Source: Raillietiella orientalis
Lineage: Eukaryota
Length of the DNA stretch: 64,000 nucleotides
NCBI GenBank assembly: GCA_036172245.1
Contig: JAYWIR010000027.1
Location: 372,001-436,000, forward strand
Direction: 5' to 3'
Each line of letters starts with the position of its first letter. Within the stretch, counting starts at the first letter, position 1. The notes under the pieces are model-generated. The model worked only from the letters and a program-made list of their open reading frames with translations. It did no database searches and was not told where the DNA came from. Made by a program: the position numbers and the translations under genes. Shown piece after piece: positions 46,823 through 60,150 of the stretch.

Positions 46823-47287
46823 AGTGACATGAGAGAGCAAAAAGATGATGAGGCCGTCGCCAAGGTGGCGACCTCGCGCGGTCGGCTCGTCATCAGACAA
46901 GAGACCTTGATCGGTGGTTGATCTCAACGTCAAGAGCAGATGGGGCGAGCGCGCACGGATTTGCGGATGATCCAAGGGATGACTTACAGCAGATAACGTG
47001 CAACAAGCAAAAACTGTGGATTTGCCATTCCATGGTATCTCTTTTAACCTGAAAAGTGGTAGAGCTCTGGAAATGGAGATCTTGAAGGCCTTTCTTGATA
47101 CACTGTGGAGTCATTGCGCTCCAGGAAGACCACCGTCGATTCCTGAAGGCGAAGTGGCTGCGGAACGCGTTGACGGCGCCAAGAGGATGTCTTGAGTGAG
47201 GAGCTTTGGCTTGATCTGAATTTTTTTCCGAGTCCTCGAGTGTGCATCTGCACGCAGAGCATCGAAGCATCTGGAGCTTGAGGTCTG

Positions 47288-47760
47288 AGGGCTTTCCGGT
47301 GAATGGGCATAGGTGTTACCATCTCCCGTTTGGACCGTGGGGGCGGTGGCTGAAGGAAAATGCCTGAAGCGCTCGCTGGAATTCAAGGTTGAGTGCATCT
47401 GGAGCTTGAGATCGGGAAATGTCGGGCAGCGAGCCAGGATGAAATGAGACTCCAGGATGCGTGTGTTCAGGGATGTTAGGACGGGAAATGGAGATGCCGA
47501 CCAGATGACTGATCTCGGGTTGTGGAAGCGAGGATGTACGAAGTTTGCCTCTTGGAACGGATAGTGGTTTGACGCAGTGAGCCATTCAGGGAAGTAACAT
47601 TTCGTTCCTTTGGCATGTCCGAGTGTGACGCGCTCCGTCACTCCGTGGAGACATCCTCTTGACCTCAAACTGAGCGCTCATTTCCAAGATGACTTCCAAA
47701 TAGCAGGCATGGCGTGCAGCAGTGGCGGAGAGGACCTCAAGGTGAACGCGAACAGGCATG
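47288..47760 (-). mobile_element. Decayed Penelope-like GIY-YIG/3' end
   Basis: EWLTASNHYPFQEANF...RILESHFILARCPT...TLN; homologous to 44547-44664 and to the arm segment 14038-14164. Confidence 0.45.
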
Positions 47761-47799
47761 CGGGAGCGATCAGATCCCTAGGGAGAATGGAGAGGCAGT

Positions 47800-48800
47800 T
47801 TGGAGACCAGCGTGGTTGCCAACACGTGGCTGCTTACCTGCAGTGGAGCAGCAGCGAGTCCTGGAGTTAACCTTCGAGGAGCAGAACACTCCGGGTGATC
47901 GATGGAAAAACCGTGGTAAGTTAGCGCTCAACCTGCTGGCAAGCTTCTTTGCATCCCGGCAGTTCCAAAAAGGCTTCATCCACGGAAGTCCTCTGTCTAG
48001 GAAAAGCTAAGAAATGCGATGGGGCATGACTTCCACTGCCTGGCAGTGAGCATCAGATGAGGAGACCCCAGCTTTTTCCCGAAGGTTCCTGCTGAACTGA
48101 GGCAGATAGCGACGACTAGCGTCTGCTGAGAAAACTTCCAAAGTCTTCACCTGCAGGCGGCCTACGGGATTCTTCTTGAAGATGACCTGCTCATTCGAAG
48201 CGCTTTGGACTGCGAGCGGCAGTACCGCGCGACGAGTCCCACACTTGATGCGTAGCTCACCTCACCGGGAGCCAACCGGGAGCGTATGCTGAGGCGTGGT
48301 CCAGAGCAAGTGTGATTCCGACCAAGGCCAACGCTCATGAACCGACCGACCTTGCTGCCAGCAGCGTGCGCGTGCATGGAGGCCTTCAAGGCGCGCCAAA
48401 GGTTCTTCAAAGCGTTTTTAGAGGATTGGCTGATCCCGGCACTACGCCCTGACCCGTCAGCTATCACCAGCTTCGTTGTGACTCTCCACAGAATCCATAG
48501 AAGCCAGCACGAGGCCAGTCTCTCAGGAGATCTCCAAGATTCCGAGCTGCATGCTCCTCAATGTCCCCTCCGGCATGTTCGTGTACTGCAGGGAAAAGAT
48601 CGCCATCCCTTTGAGGAACATAGAAAAGTGGACTGTTCACCATTTCCTCCGCGCCATGCTGTACGGCCTTGCAGGTTCGAAGGCTCAGAGTAAGGATAGG
48701 GAAGATAAAGGAAGAGGCCTTCCTTACAATAAAGAGATTAAGAGCACCCATGGCCATGGATAATCTTTGCCATCGTCGTCGCCATGGGCATCCAGACTCT
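47800..48800 (+). mobile_element. Possible decayed reverse-transcriptase remnant (family uncertain)
   Basis: Broken peptides such as MEAF..FFKAFLEDWL and ELHAPQ..; weak resemblance only. Confidence 0.2.
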
Positions 48801-50249
48801 AGGACTCGGGAGGTTCCTCTTACAGAAATGGAGCAGCAGGCCATAGATGCTACCAGGAGAATGTCTTTCTTGGGAAAATCTAAGAGTGAGAGGGCCGCGT
48901 TTAGAGGAAAAACATATTCTCAGATTTTCAATTCTTGTTTGACCCCTTGATCCACTTCTCAGAGATAGCGATCCTACCCTGGCTCTTTGTGGAGTAGACT
49001 CCGCCTCTGACCTCGAGCTGAGCTTTGATTTCCAAAACGATTGGATTTCCGGATTGACCCACCTCTATTCACCACGACGCGCCGTGAATTCACGCACCCT
49101 TCTTCCGGCACGTGAGCATCAATGGCTCCACCCCAAACTCAGGGAGACGAGCTTCGAGTACTGGCTAAGGAGGAAGAGCGGACCTTGAGAGGCGAACTGT
49201 GATGCTCGGTCGTAACTGCTCGCATCTGCGGTTCGGCTCAGATGCCTGGTCGGGGGTCTGCCCTCCCCTATTTTTCCACGGGTTCCTAGCCACCGATAAT
49301 CCTATCAATCAGACAAAGATCAATGCGTTCTCTTTCGACTTCCTCTCTCTGTCTCCCCTTTCCAGAAGGAAGAAGGAAGGAATGGGGGAAGCTGGAAAGC
49401 AAGCAGAACGCAGCGAAGGATGTTCGGAGGCCGTGTCCAAGGCTTTCGTCTTTCGGTCGATCGACGGTGACAAAGACAGAAAGACTCAGAGGATTCCGCT
49501 GTACCCACTCGCGCGGCTCTTCTGGATGCGTCCCCCGGCAACCTGGTAAAGGAGATGGATCCCACCCCATGTGAGCCGAGAAGACGAGGTGCGGAAGCCG
49601 TCGAAAAAGGGAACAGTTGGCTAGATCTGGGGGGGGGGGAGAAAAATCCTCCCCCCTGTAGCCATTCAGTGTATTCCGGAAAATTGCAAAGCGTCTCGAT
49701 TCCTGGGAAACCACAAAAAAACAGGAAATTAAGGAAGTCCAGGGAAGAACTTCAGAGATAATGTATTTCTTTGTATCGTGTCAAAGTTTACCTCCGTGGC
49801 AGTTCTTGCCGTAAGGGGCAAAAGGCTTCCTTGACCCTCGTTCCCTATCCCCGAAATTTCCTCTTATGAGGATGAGGTCTGAGCCAAAGCAACAGACCCC
49901 AGATCGAGTGGCTGCAAAGCACTCCGTGATGCCTGGAGAAATTCACACGTCTTGCACTCCACGCTGTGTCTGGTTCAGAGAAATTCCCTTTCTGTCTGTG
50001 CCTCTCTCTGCATCTGTCCATCCATATCCATTCATCTGTCCCATCCACCTGCTGGTGCTAATCGCCGGGAGCCATCAACCGGGCTATCCAGTTCATCTTT
50101 CCTTTTCCCTGGAAGATAGCCATCATCCTGCTCTTCCACCCTCGGACCGGCCAGGAAAGAGCTCGATAACCTGGAGAATGGGAAGTATCGATCAGTCTCC
50201 AAAGGCTTTGTCCTTGTCCCGTCTCTCAACCTCTCCTCCATGGGAGAAC

Positions 50250-50900
50250 AAGACCAGCAGATGTAGCTGACGGTGCGCCTCGCCGTCTTCGCTCCGTCGA
50301 ATCCTTCATCTCTTCAGCGAAGGACCTCAGAGCGTTGGCCGTCGAGCCTTCTGAGCAGAGCAGATGGGACGTGTAAGAGCAGAGGACGATAAGATCCTCC
50401 TCGCCCGCCAAGAGCTTTGATGTCCGACTGGACATTTTCCCGGTATCTAACTATCACGAAAGAGGGTCGTCCGCATGATTCGCACTCCATGAAGACGGGA
50501 ATCGTAGCGTGAATAGGAGAAACTGCTGGTCCTCTGCCTTGAGCCGACGCCCGAAAGAGACAGAGAACAGGGAAGAAAGTTCCTGTGTTACCGAGGCTTC
50601 CCGGAGCTAACGCAACCCGTTTGGAACAGGAAAGCGCAGAACTGTTCTTCCCGTAGAGTTCCACGAAATCCTTCCCGCTTTAAGAAACAACAATCGGAGT
50701 GAATAGGGAAGTTCTCCTCGTCCACTATCCCCAAAAAGCTGCTTCTTTCGTGGCCGAATGACCACAGGAAGAAAGAGGGATAGGACGGTATGAAAAGTCC
50801 CTGACCCGGCATCAATTCAGTACCCTCTCGTGCCGTGGAAGTCAGCGTGCTCGCGATGGTCTTGTCTGACGACTCCTGCAAGAGGCACTGAGTGCCTTAC
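50250..50900 (-). mobile_element. Possible Penelope-like linker/GIY-YIG remnant
   Basis: PSYP ... FMECESCGRP resembles GYP ... Y.I.C..C. Confidence 0.3.
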
Positions 50901-52371
50901 CTTGTTCTTCGGGAAGACATCTTCCCCCCTTCACATACGCTTGCTTCTGCCGCCTCCCACCCTTTAGGACTCCGCACCTGCAGGGAAGCGATCGCTCCTC
51001 TCACATCCCATCCAGTCTGATTCCGTCTCTTCCCTATCCAACTCCATTCTTTTCACCCTCACCGAAACCTGAAACCTGTCGTATGCCATGTTACCCAGAC
51101 AACCCTTCCCCACCCTCACTCCGCTGATCTCCAATCCTGGTAACGGCCTTATTCCGTTGCTCGGACTTACCCCACTACTCAAGAACTATGCTAGACTCAC
51201 TGAACCTATTCTCGTCCTAGTCATTTCTACGCCGAATTACTCCCCATATCTTTAGCTTGTCCACTTCCTATCCACTGATTCCAGCCCGTTCCCAGTGCCT
51301 CTATAGCCTTCTATAAATTCTCTTTTTTATGACTCGTCTATCCTATTTCATTCATCACGCTACATCTTGTTTTACCTCCCTCCCCCCTGCCATTCCACTC
51401 CATTTCACCTGATCCATTCCACTCTCGGCCCACCCTACGGAATCCCTGACCCCTTTTCACACCACTTTACTCTCTCACTCTATTCTGCAACATCCTGAAT
51501 CCAGTGCCATTTCCGTTCGCTCCCTTCCCCATTTCAGCCCACTTTCACATTCGCTCGCTTTGCCTCTCGCATCCGGGAGGATCACTTCCAATCCACTCTA
51601 CTCTGAGCAAAACAGCCGCACCCCATCTTGCCCCCGTTTGCCTCCACTCCGCACCTACACCGGACCATCCCATCTCCACCCTCATTCCATCTCACCAGCT
51701 GCATCCTCATCTCAAAGCTGCTGCTGAGCACCAGGGGGAGAAATCGACCCACCAAGGTGACCAGCGGAGTCGGAAGGAATTCCCGGGCTGCGATCCTCCT
51801 CGCCTCAGAAGGACGACGTGCCTTCGGGCATTCCTCGGCTCGGCGACAGCAGTCCGGCGCACGCGCGAAAACCTGCGGTTCAGTAAGTCACCTGAGGACG
51901 GTTGGTCCTCTCGTCTTCCCGAATGCCTCCGGGAGAGGGATGTCTGCAATCGTATCCGTAGAAAGGGAACTAGAGTGAGCTTTCGAGGGTTCCAAAAGGA
52001 ATCAGAGTTGGACTGCGATCCCGAGGCGAGGCGTGACGGTCCAACCGTGCCGCTTCAGTAGAGTTTGACCTCTCCTCTACGCCTTCGTGTGACCTCCCCT
52101 TTGGTCTCAGAACCGAAGGGCTCTGTCCCGAGATCTCTTTCGAGGTCCTCTACCCTTAGGGAGGTGGAAGCGACACTCCGGCTCCGGTAGCACGAAGACC
52201 GACCTCCAGTCAGTGGGGAAGGGGTGTGTGTGCTGGAAGCAGCGTCTTCCCTCCCAAGTGCGCAGTGTGGCCTCGAAACCTCTTGAGCGCGGCGCAGCCA
52301 TCGGCTTTATTCAAACCGGCAGAGATGGGGAGGAGAGGCGATCCAGAGGGGCCTGCGGGAGCAGCGCGGTG

Positions 52372-55300
52372 TCAGCAGGGGCCGCCCCGGACGAACTGCA
52401 CCCTCGCCTGGAACCCCGTGCTCCCGTTGGGGATGATGCTCGCCCAGTGGAGCACGATGGTACCCCTCATGGACTGAATGACGGACCCTCTCCCGAGCTG
52501 CCTGCTGTAGCAGTACCTACGGAAAAGGAGAGGGAAGGTTTTCGCCCCTCGCAGGACATTCACGAGGGGAGGATTCGGAGGGGGAGGAGAGACGGGAAGC
52601 GGAGAGCCAGCAAGAAGGGGCTGCGAGGGAGTTGAAGGATCCCAGGATGGAGGAAAGAGCAAAACTCTGGGATGCCGCCGGTGCGGTATCCCAAAGTGGG
52701 GAATGGCGAGTTTTCGAAGAAAAAAATAAAAAATCAAAGTTCATGAGGGGAGGGTGCATGAGAAAGAGGCCGGGAAGGACGGATGACCGAGGAGACGATC
52801 TCGAAGCGCACCGCGCACCACCGCCTTCCCGGGGGAGAATGCGGTGGCGAAATCCCCCTCGAGGACCCTTCGAAGCAGCTGCTTACATTCTTCCCAGATA
52901 GAGGTCGTTGTTGCGGATGGTGAGGGATTCGAAATGGCAGTTCTCCGGCCTGTAGAAGGTCATCTGCAGGAAGCTCAGTCTGACTTGGTGGCATCGTGGT
53001 GCCTGGATCAGCCACACGCATTCCCCTTTGGGATGCCGCACCGGTGTCTGAATCGTCGCTTCCGTGGTCACCATGCCTCCGCATCCGAGAGGATTGGGTG
53101 CTGCCGGAAGATGAGAACGCTTCAGCAGCGGCAGCAGAAGACCCTCTCCCTCTCCTACATAGCCCTCCAATTTGCTCCAGAACGGAGGACTCTACACCCT
53201 TCGCCCCCACTTCATCCTATTAGAGCCCGGATGCGTTCCCATCCATCTTTTCCGGCTTCCCCACGCCACCCCTGCAAGATCCCTTCCCTCTAGAACGCCA
53301 CCGTGATTCACAGGAGCGGGGCAGCTCACTAAGATTCGGGAGCAGTCCGTTCCCACGGCAGCCTCTTTGGTGTCCCCCCCACTCCTGCCTGCTGCTACCT
53401 CTTTCGAAAAGAGGACAGGTTCCCGGGACTTCGTCCCCGAGGAGCAGGGTCTGAGACGACGCTGAACTGGGAGACGGAGTGAAAAACAAAGTGGAAGGAA
53501 TGGTCATGAGGGAAAACCCGCCCTCTTTTCTGCAGGCGAGGGAGGAGACGAAAAACAGGATGATGCAGGAAGAATGGAAAGCTGAAAGGAACACGCACCC
53601 CGAGAGGAGCAGCTCTCTAAGGCCTTCCTGGGGCGGGATGAAGGAAGGAGCTGTTGTCACTGCCCCTCGCATCCCTTGAGGGAACGAGCGCGCTTGGAGA
53701 GGGTGCAGGGGAGGGGGTTTTCCCTTTCGCCCGAGAGTTACAGGGGTTCACATGGAGTATTCCCGCCGACTCACGATAGTATTCGCCGGTCTTCGTCTCG
53801 CAGAGGCTGCCGCTGGTGCCCCGAGGACACACGCACTGGCAGGAAGGTCCGAGGTAACCGTCATTCTGGCAAGGGTCCGACTGCTTCTTGCAAGCGAAGA
53901 GCCATCCTTCTGCGGGGGAGGAAAAGGGGGAGGAATGCGGTTAGAGTGGGACGAACGCAGGTACCCGTCCCTCACCGATGCACCCGTAGGCCCGGTTGAT
54001 GAGCAGCTGATCCCGGTGGGTGAGCCCGAAGTCGTTCCTACCAAGCAGGTACTGCAGCATGACGTTCTTGGTCACCATGACCTCGGATCCGTCCCTGCTG
54101 AAAGCCTGGGTACGGGAGAAGTTGCGGTTGGGTGCGGCGATAGTGAGGTACGAGGAGGGTGAGAAGGGGGGGGCAAGGATGGCATCAGCAAAGTGTCAGC
54201 AGTAGGAAAGTCCCTCTACTTCAAGTCATACCTCGTACTTGTACTGCATAACCCCTGTCAGGTCGTAGGGAACGTTTTCCGTGTCGCAAGTCACAAGGCC
54301 GAAATTGTGCTGCATGGCGGGCATGACGTTGGCCATGTTGATGACCAAGTGCTGATCCCGGTCCGGACGGCTCTGCTCGTGAAAGACACCCGTGGCGTGC
54401 GCCATCTCGTGCACCACTGTGTTGATCTGGGGAGGTAGCATATCACTTAAGGAGCCTCCAGGAACGGCCTGGCATGCCCAGAATTAGAGGAGAAGAGGGC
54501 AAGGTCCCAGCGACATGGGGAGGGAGAGGAAGACGAGGCGGAGCCCTCCGCTGCAGCGAGGGAACTCACGAATGCACATCCACGGCCGAGGTTGACGTCC
54601 TGGACCCTCTGGGCGTTGACCATGTGCCCCACTAGCGAGTTGCACCCGCTCCCGAACTGGATCCTCAGCTTGTGGCGTGGGTCGTATGGACTGACCGGGA
54701 AGAAGCGCAGACATGTCTTTTCGGCGTACTGGGCGACGGCCACGGGCACGAGGTTCCTGGCATCCGCTGGCACTGGAAGCACCTGGTCAACAGGAAGGCA
54801 GGGCGAATCCATAGAGCGAGTCGAAGCGCTTTCCGGATCCCATTTTCACGGCCATCTCCACGAAGGGAAAATCTTTCCGTTCCGAGGCCCGATCCCGTCC
54901 CTGGCGATGATTCCGCCGCTGGCCTCGCTGCTTCCCCAGAGGGCCAGAGCGTATAGGGGAAACCCCGCCGCCAACTGCACAACGTTCCTGTTCCCTCCCT
55001 CTCCCATTACCCCGGCCTGCGAAGCACCCATTCCCCCGCAAGGGGCAAGAAAAGAGGGTAAGCCCTCAGGATACTACGGACCTCTCGCCTGAGAGAGACC
55101 TCCGTTTCCTCGAAAAGAGATTGTAAAACAGAAGGGTGGGGCGATGCGAGGCGTCAGGATGGAGGCACAACGGGGCACAGGAGCCACGGCAGGGGAGGAA
55201 GGAAGTAGCGTGATGGGACCGACCATCTCGTTACCCGGAGCACTCCTTTTCCTCTCATCCTCTTCCAGAAAGTGATCGGCCTAATCAGGGACCCCGAAGG

Positions 55301-57031
55301 GGGCTGCCGATTATACATATCTACATGGGGGAGGAGGAGGGAGCCATGCGCAGCGCGCCAGACGGAAAGGAGCGAAAGCAAGAAACGTCCTCACAGCTGG
55401 CGTGGATAAAGTAGGGGATGTGAACCAGGCCATCCTGGGATTTCGGCCACAGTGACCTCTTGAACTGGATGCAGGACTTCTCCTCGAGCTCGGCCTGCTG
55501 CTTGCTGGTGAGCAGCATGTCCCCGTACCGGTAAACCTCTCCGTACAAGGGGTGCCACTCCCGGATCTGGAAGGGGGAGAGTACAGGCCTCCAGGAATTC
55601 TCGTTTCCGAGGAATGGGGATGACGGAGGGATATAGAGCTGAAGGCGTGAGGGGAGGTGGCGAGTACTCGAGGGGGAAGGGCATGATGGGAACGGTGTCG
55701 GCGATGGCTGTGTATCCTCTTCGCTTACCTGGTCTTTCGTTCCGTTGAGGACGTGGTGCCGGTGAATGCTGTCGTGGTCAGGAGGCTCCTATGAGAGTAA
55801 AAAGAAGAATGAGAGGGGCCCAGTTTGGGGGGGGAGGGGAGGCGGAGATGGCAACAGCGTTGCAAAGCGACCCGCAGAGGGAGTCTCTCTTACAAGGCGT
55901 AGGTAGCAGGGCCGCCAGTGGTCCCGAATTCGAAGGCAAAACACGAGAAAGTGAACTCCTTGGCTTCCGGCAGACAGCCCCGAGGCCACCGACGAAGCTG
56001 TCGCTTGGAAACCTGCCTCCGTCACATCCGCGGGTTCGCGAAACGCAAGCTTCCCTCTCAGATCGCGAGAGCAGACATCGCAATGCCCTGTCCTCTCTTG
56101 GGAGCATTTCTTTTGCGCGCCAGAGGCTTTCGCTCCAGTCTCTCTCAGGGTGTTCTGCGCGGGAAGGGTAAGAAGCCGTTTTCTTTGATCCAACGTGTCA
56201 GCTTTGCGCCATCCGGTTGAGCCCAGTGTTGTCAGAAGCGTCAAACACGGACAATCAATATTTCCCGCAATATCAGCGAAAGTTAACCAGGACTGACATT
56301 GTTTTCCTCCCGTTCAATTACTTATTTACCTATTTATTAATTTCTAAAATCAACACTTCCCTCCGAACGATTTTGAGCGCGTGGAAAACCCAAGTCGGTA
56401 GGTGGTCTCTTCTCGGTGCAACCCCTGGTGATACACAGAACGCGATGTTCGGTGTTACTTTCGCGAACACGGGAAGGCCGAATTGGCGAGCAGCAGAAAC
56501 TCGTCGTCATACCTGTGAGGCTGAGGTGTTCAGGATCTCCCTGAAGGGGGGTTCGGTGATCACCTGGAAGGAAACGGCATGAAACCAAAGAAATTCCGAA
56601 GCTGCTCGCCAACTTAGGTAAAACAAAAGCATTACAGATTGAAGCTGTGATCTCCGAATCTCACGAGAAAAGAATTTCCGTCGCCTACCTCAGGCGCTGT
56701 CCTTTCCGTGAAACTGTCTTGCCCGGGACTGCCATCGAAGGAGGACTCCTAGAAGGAGAGAAAGAAGGCACAGGAATTTCTGATCTGGAGCTTGGCAGCA
56801 GGGCGCCAAGAGTTTGCGCTCATCGGACCAGACGCCCGCTGCAGCGTTGGCTGTGTCCGTGGGAGCGAAAGGCAGAGCATAACTGTGCTCTGATGATCCA
56901 GGAAGCCGGTTCACCGACGTAACAGGTCGAAGTGGTTACTTGGTTTTATAAATTGGGGATGGAAAAAGCTAGTTTCGTACCTGCGATGCTGATGAGTTTA
57001 GGACCTGTCTGAATGGAGGTTCGGTGATCAC
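52372..57031 (-). CDS. Astacin-family zinc metalloprotease B (astacin-EGF-CUB), signal-peptide exon not located
   Basis: Exons 57031-56981, 56563-56513, 55788-55729, 55566-55395, 54772-54570, 54426-54232, 54105-53976, 53909-53775, 53100-52887, 52516-52372. Motifs: GDMLLT, HEMAHATGVFHEQSRPDRD, GVMQY, EGF CQNDGYLGPSCQCVCPRGTSGSLC, CUB ending GFQARVQFVRGGPC*. Intron positions and phases match astacin A. The three 5'-most exons are less certain. Confidence 0.9.
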
Positions 57032-57679
57032 CTGAAAGCAACAGAACATCAATGAGGCAAACATTAATGAGGGTCCTCAAGAGACATGTTGCTCTCATAG
57101 GACAGCGAAAATGCTAGTAACACGGTTCGCCTTTGTCGTTTCCAATTCTCAGATGCTGCGTTGGGTTTCAACGAAGAACCTGTTCTTCAGCTGCCCGTTT
57201 TTCCTCCCCTTCCCCATGTCCTCTGTTCTCTTTCGTCTGAGAAGCTCAAGGAAGCCTTGAGTTGGTGAGGAAAAGAACGGTTTTCCCCACTGTCTGTCTT
57301 GTTGGTGTTACACGCGAAACAGTTCATCTCTGGACAGCAATCGGCTCTCATGGTCCCTGTTACCGTACCGGACCAATTGGAAAGCCGTTTTTTGTGGTCG
57401 TGTTTTGGGTAGGAGCAGAAGTTATGATTTTCCTATAATCCTTCAGATTGTGGCCTCGGGACGTTTTCCCGCGTTCTGCTGTCACTACTGGATAGACCCA
57501 CGACCTCAGTGCAGAATACCCATGTCATTTCATGGGTCAGCTGTTTTGGCTAACAGCTTCCAGTACCCTCGCATCAGAACAAACTAAGATTTTCGATAGC
57601 TGAGGTTGTGAACTCCCAAACGGAAACTTTAGAGTCTCTTATCCCTGAGAAGATGCGAATGAATAGCTTTATAGGTAGA

Positions 57680-57895
57680 TGGCCAGATAGGTTCCTTCAA
57701 TCTGCATCCACAGCGAAGAGCTGATGAGATGCTTTCCTCAAGGTCGCTGAGAAACTTACTGGGAACTGATAGCGCCGAATGGCTTCTTCCTAGCGATTAC
57801 GGACCCCACGAGATGATGGTCCTCATTCGAAACGAGGACATGGTTTGGAAAACTAACAACGCTGGAGAATCTTTAAATCATTCTTTTTCCAAAAA
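57680..57895 (+). mobile_element. Possible MULE/Mutator-type DDE transposase fragment
   Basis: WKTNNAGESLNHSF resembles the RTNN..E..N motif around the catalytic Glu; an ETYW motif lies upstream in another frame. Confidence 0.35.
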
Positions 57896-59199
57896 AAAGA
57901 AAGAGAGAGAGAAGCTAAGAGTAAACTCTTCGGTGTTTCACAGACAGTAGGTTTTTGAAAATGTCCCATCCTTCTCAGCAAAAGTTACTGGAAGGCAGCA
58001 AACAGTCCAAACTAAAAAAATGGGAAGCGAAAAAGTATCAAAACACCTCCTCATATAATGCCAAGGGGTAGAAGAGTGACAAGTAACAACCCCAGTACCT
58101 AATCCACTCTACTAAATTTAGGAGGTAATCAAAGTTAGAAAGCTCACATTACAACAGCAAAAGACCAAAATCGTAATGGGGACTGTCCCGATCTCTGGTT
58201 CCGGGTGACAGCTGAACCTCTTCAGCTATGCTTATCATCAGAATAACCGCTTAGTATCAAATGCCAGCACTCGTAAACTTTCTCAAAGTAATCTCAACTG
58301 CATCACCAAAGTACCCACTCCAGGACGACTTTGTGAAAAACGCAATTGAATCTCTTCAACACAGTTCCCAGTTTCCAGAAAAAACGGCTCTTAACTCACT
58401 CAATAGATGACAACTCAGTGGAGGACTTCCTTACGGAAGGAAACCAGAAAGAAATACAAAAGAATGCTTGACGCCGCTCAATTCCCAACTTGGTGGTGAA
58501 ACAACGCCCCACAGGTCACCGCCTGCAATTTTTTATCCCTTGAAAAAACACACACACATTGAATTCATCCCCATCGGCACACGAGCATGCAAAATCAAGC
58601 CATGGATGCCAGTGTCAGCAAAGAATGGTGGGAAAAACACTATCCGATTATTCAGCATCGGAATCTATTAGGTCCACAGACTAAATCTTCAGTATCCAAT
58701 CATAGTTGTGACAATTGACTTTCATTTTCTGACTTGACCGCAACTACCATACTTTCTCTTAATGTTTAGATTTCAAGATAGTTTTTTAGCTTGCCGAGAG
58801 AAAAAGCCATGGATACAGAGGCAAGACCCTCGTAGTAATTCTGCTACGAGGATTTTGCCTATTTTTTTGGTCAACTCTGTATCCAGAAAGAATTAGCTAT
58901 TGAATTGTCCGGCATAAATGAATCATTTCATTATTGTAAGGATAGGAAGGTCAGCAAGTGCAAGTACCCCACTGGACTATGGCTAAAATTGTAAGGAAGG
59001 AGTCTCTCTCGTGTTCTTTGGATTTGGTGTTTCTGGATCTAGTCCCTGATGTCTGCCTCATTTACTACAGATCTCTTAGGTCTTGAAGGGCTGTTTTCTG
59101 GGCTTCAGGTATTCCATCTCTCAAAGGTCAACTACTTAACTTCCAAGCTACCCCCACTTTGACAGGCGATAAGCTGGAATCCGAGACAGATTCCTGGAC

Positions 59200-60150
59200 C
59201 CAGGTCCAGGGTGCTGGTGAATTGTGCAACAAATTATGCCGGCAGATTTGGCAGCATCTCGCTCTCGATGACGACGAGGCAGTAGCAGACAATACAGAAG
59301 AGATTTCAGAGTTTTGAGAACGTCATAGGAGCAGCTCATTCCAATGGAGAAACCGGGATTAAGGTGGATGAAGATGGTAATTTTGCAGCACTGCTGTGCA
59401 GTTCCTCCTTTTCACTTTCGAATTCTGTGTTCCAGAAATTCCCATCTTCAAAACAAGGGAATCTTTTCTTAACAACTTCTGGTTCCAGGAACGGTTCAGC
59501 GAGCGCCAAACGGAAGATGCTCCTCTGCAAGCATCACCAGCGCGTAACAGATACAGAAGCACCCTCGCTACACTTGATGGTTCTGACTTCCTGCCCGTTC
59601 ACAAGACATCCTGGAAGAAACATCCCATCCAGCCGTGCAGAGAGATTTGCATCCTTCAAGGAGAAGATTCAAACAGCGAGTTTTCTGTTGCCAGAAGACA
59701 GGGCTCTGTCTTCAGCGGGCAGAGACGACTGCCCGCGAATTCTGCTGCGGCTCTCAACCAGAAGCGGTGCTTAAACACACGAAGGAAGAAGACGTTCAGT
59801 AATCAGCTGCACGGAGAACAAGTGCCCAGAACTGAGAATGATGCTATTTCGCTTGTTGTAAGATTCCAATTCCTCCGAAGTCACTCGTGCCCAAAAGGTT
59901 GCCACGACGAAGCATCTAGTTGCTTTTTGGGGAGCAGCCTTGAAGACTCGGTTCGCCCTTGGAGCGTACCACAAGAACACAAACCACATGATCCTCCATA
60001 GAAGGCTGCCTACTCGACCCTGGAACGCCCTTCCTCTCCCGCCAACGGAGCGATCGGAAGCGCTTGGTGGCTGCCAGTTTTTGAGTCAAGCCTGCAGACG
60101 TTCCTTTTGTGACGTCACCAATAAGAGTACACTTCCACCCTAGGGAAAGC
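59200..60150 (+). mobile_element. Decayed Penelope-like RT 3' half + GIY-YIG
   Basis: ORF 59396-60001 shows colinear LFTFE..IPIF, then VVRFQF..C..C and R..PQEH. Confidence 0.4.

Noticed and set aside
49502..50977. Short exon-like segments (~49540-49502, 50977-50901) as 5' exons of astacin A
   Set aside because: Could not link them to a start codon or signal peptide in compatible phase
51100..51700. Pyrimidine-rich tract with faint RTE/APE endonuclease-like peptides on minus
   Set aside because: Too degenerate to support a call
59336..59530. MULE-like peptide LAEPFLEPEVVKKRF on the minus strand
   Set aside because: Better explained as the antisense of the Penelope-like ORF on the plus strand
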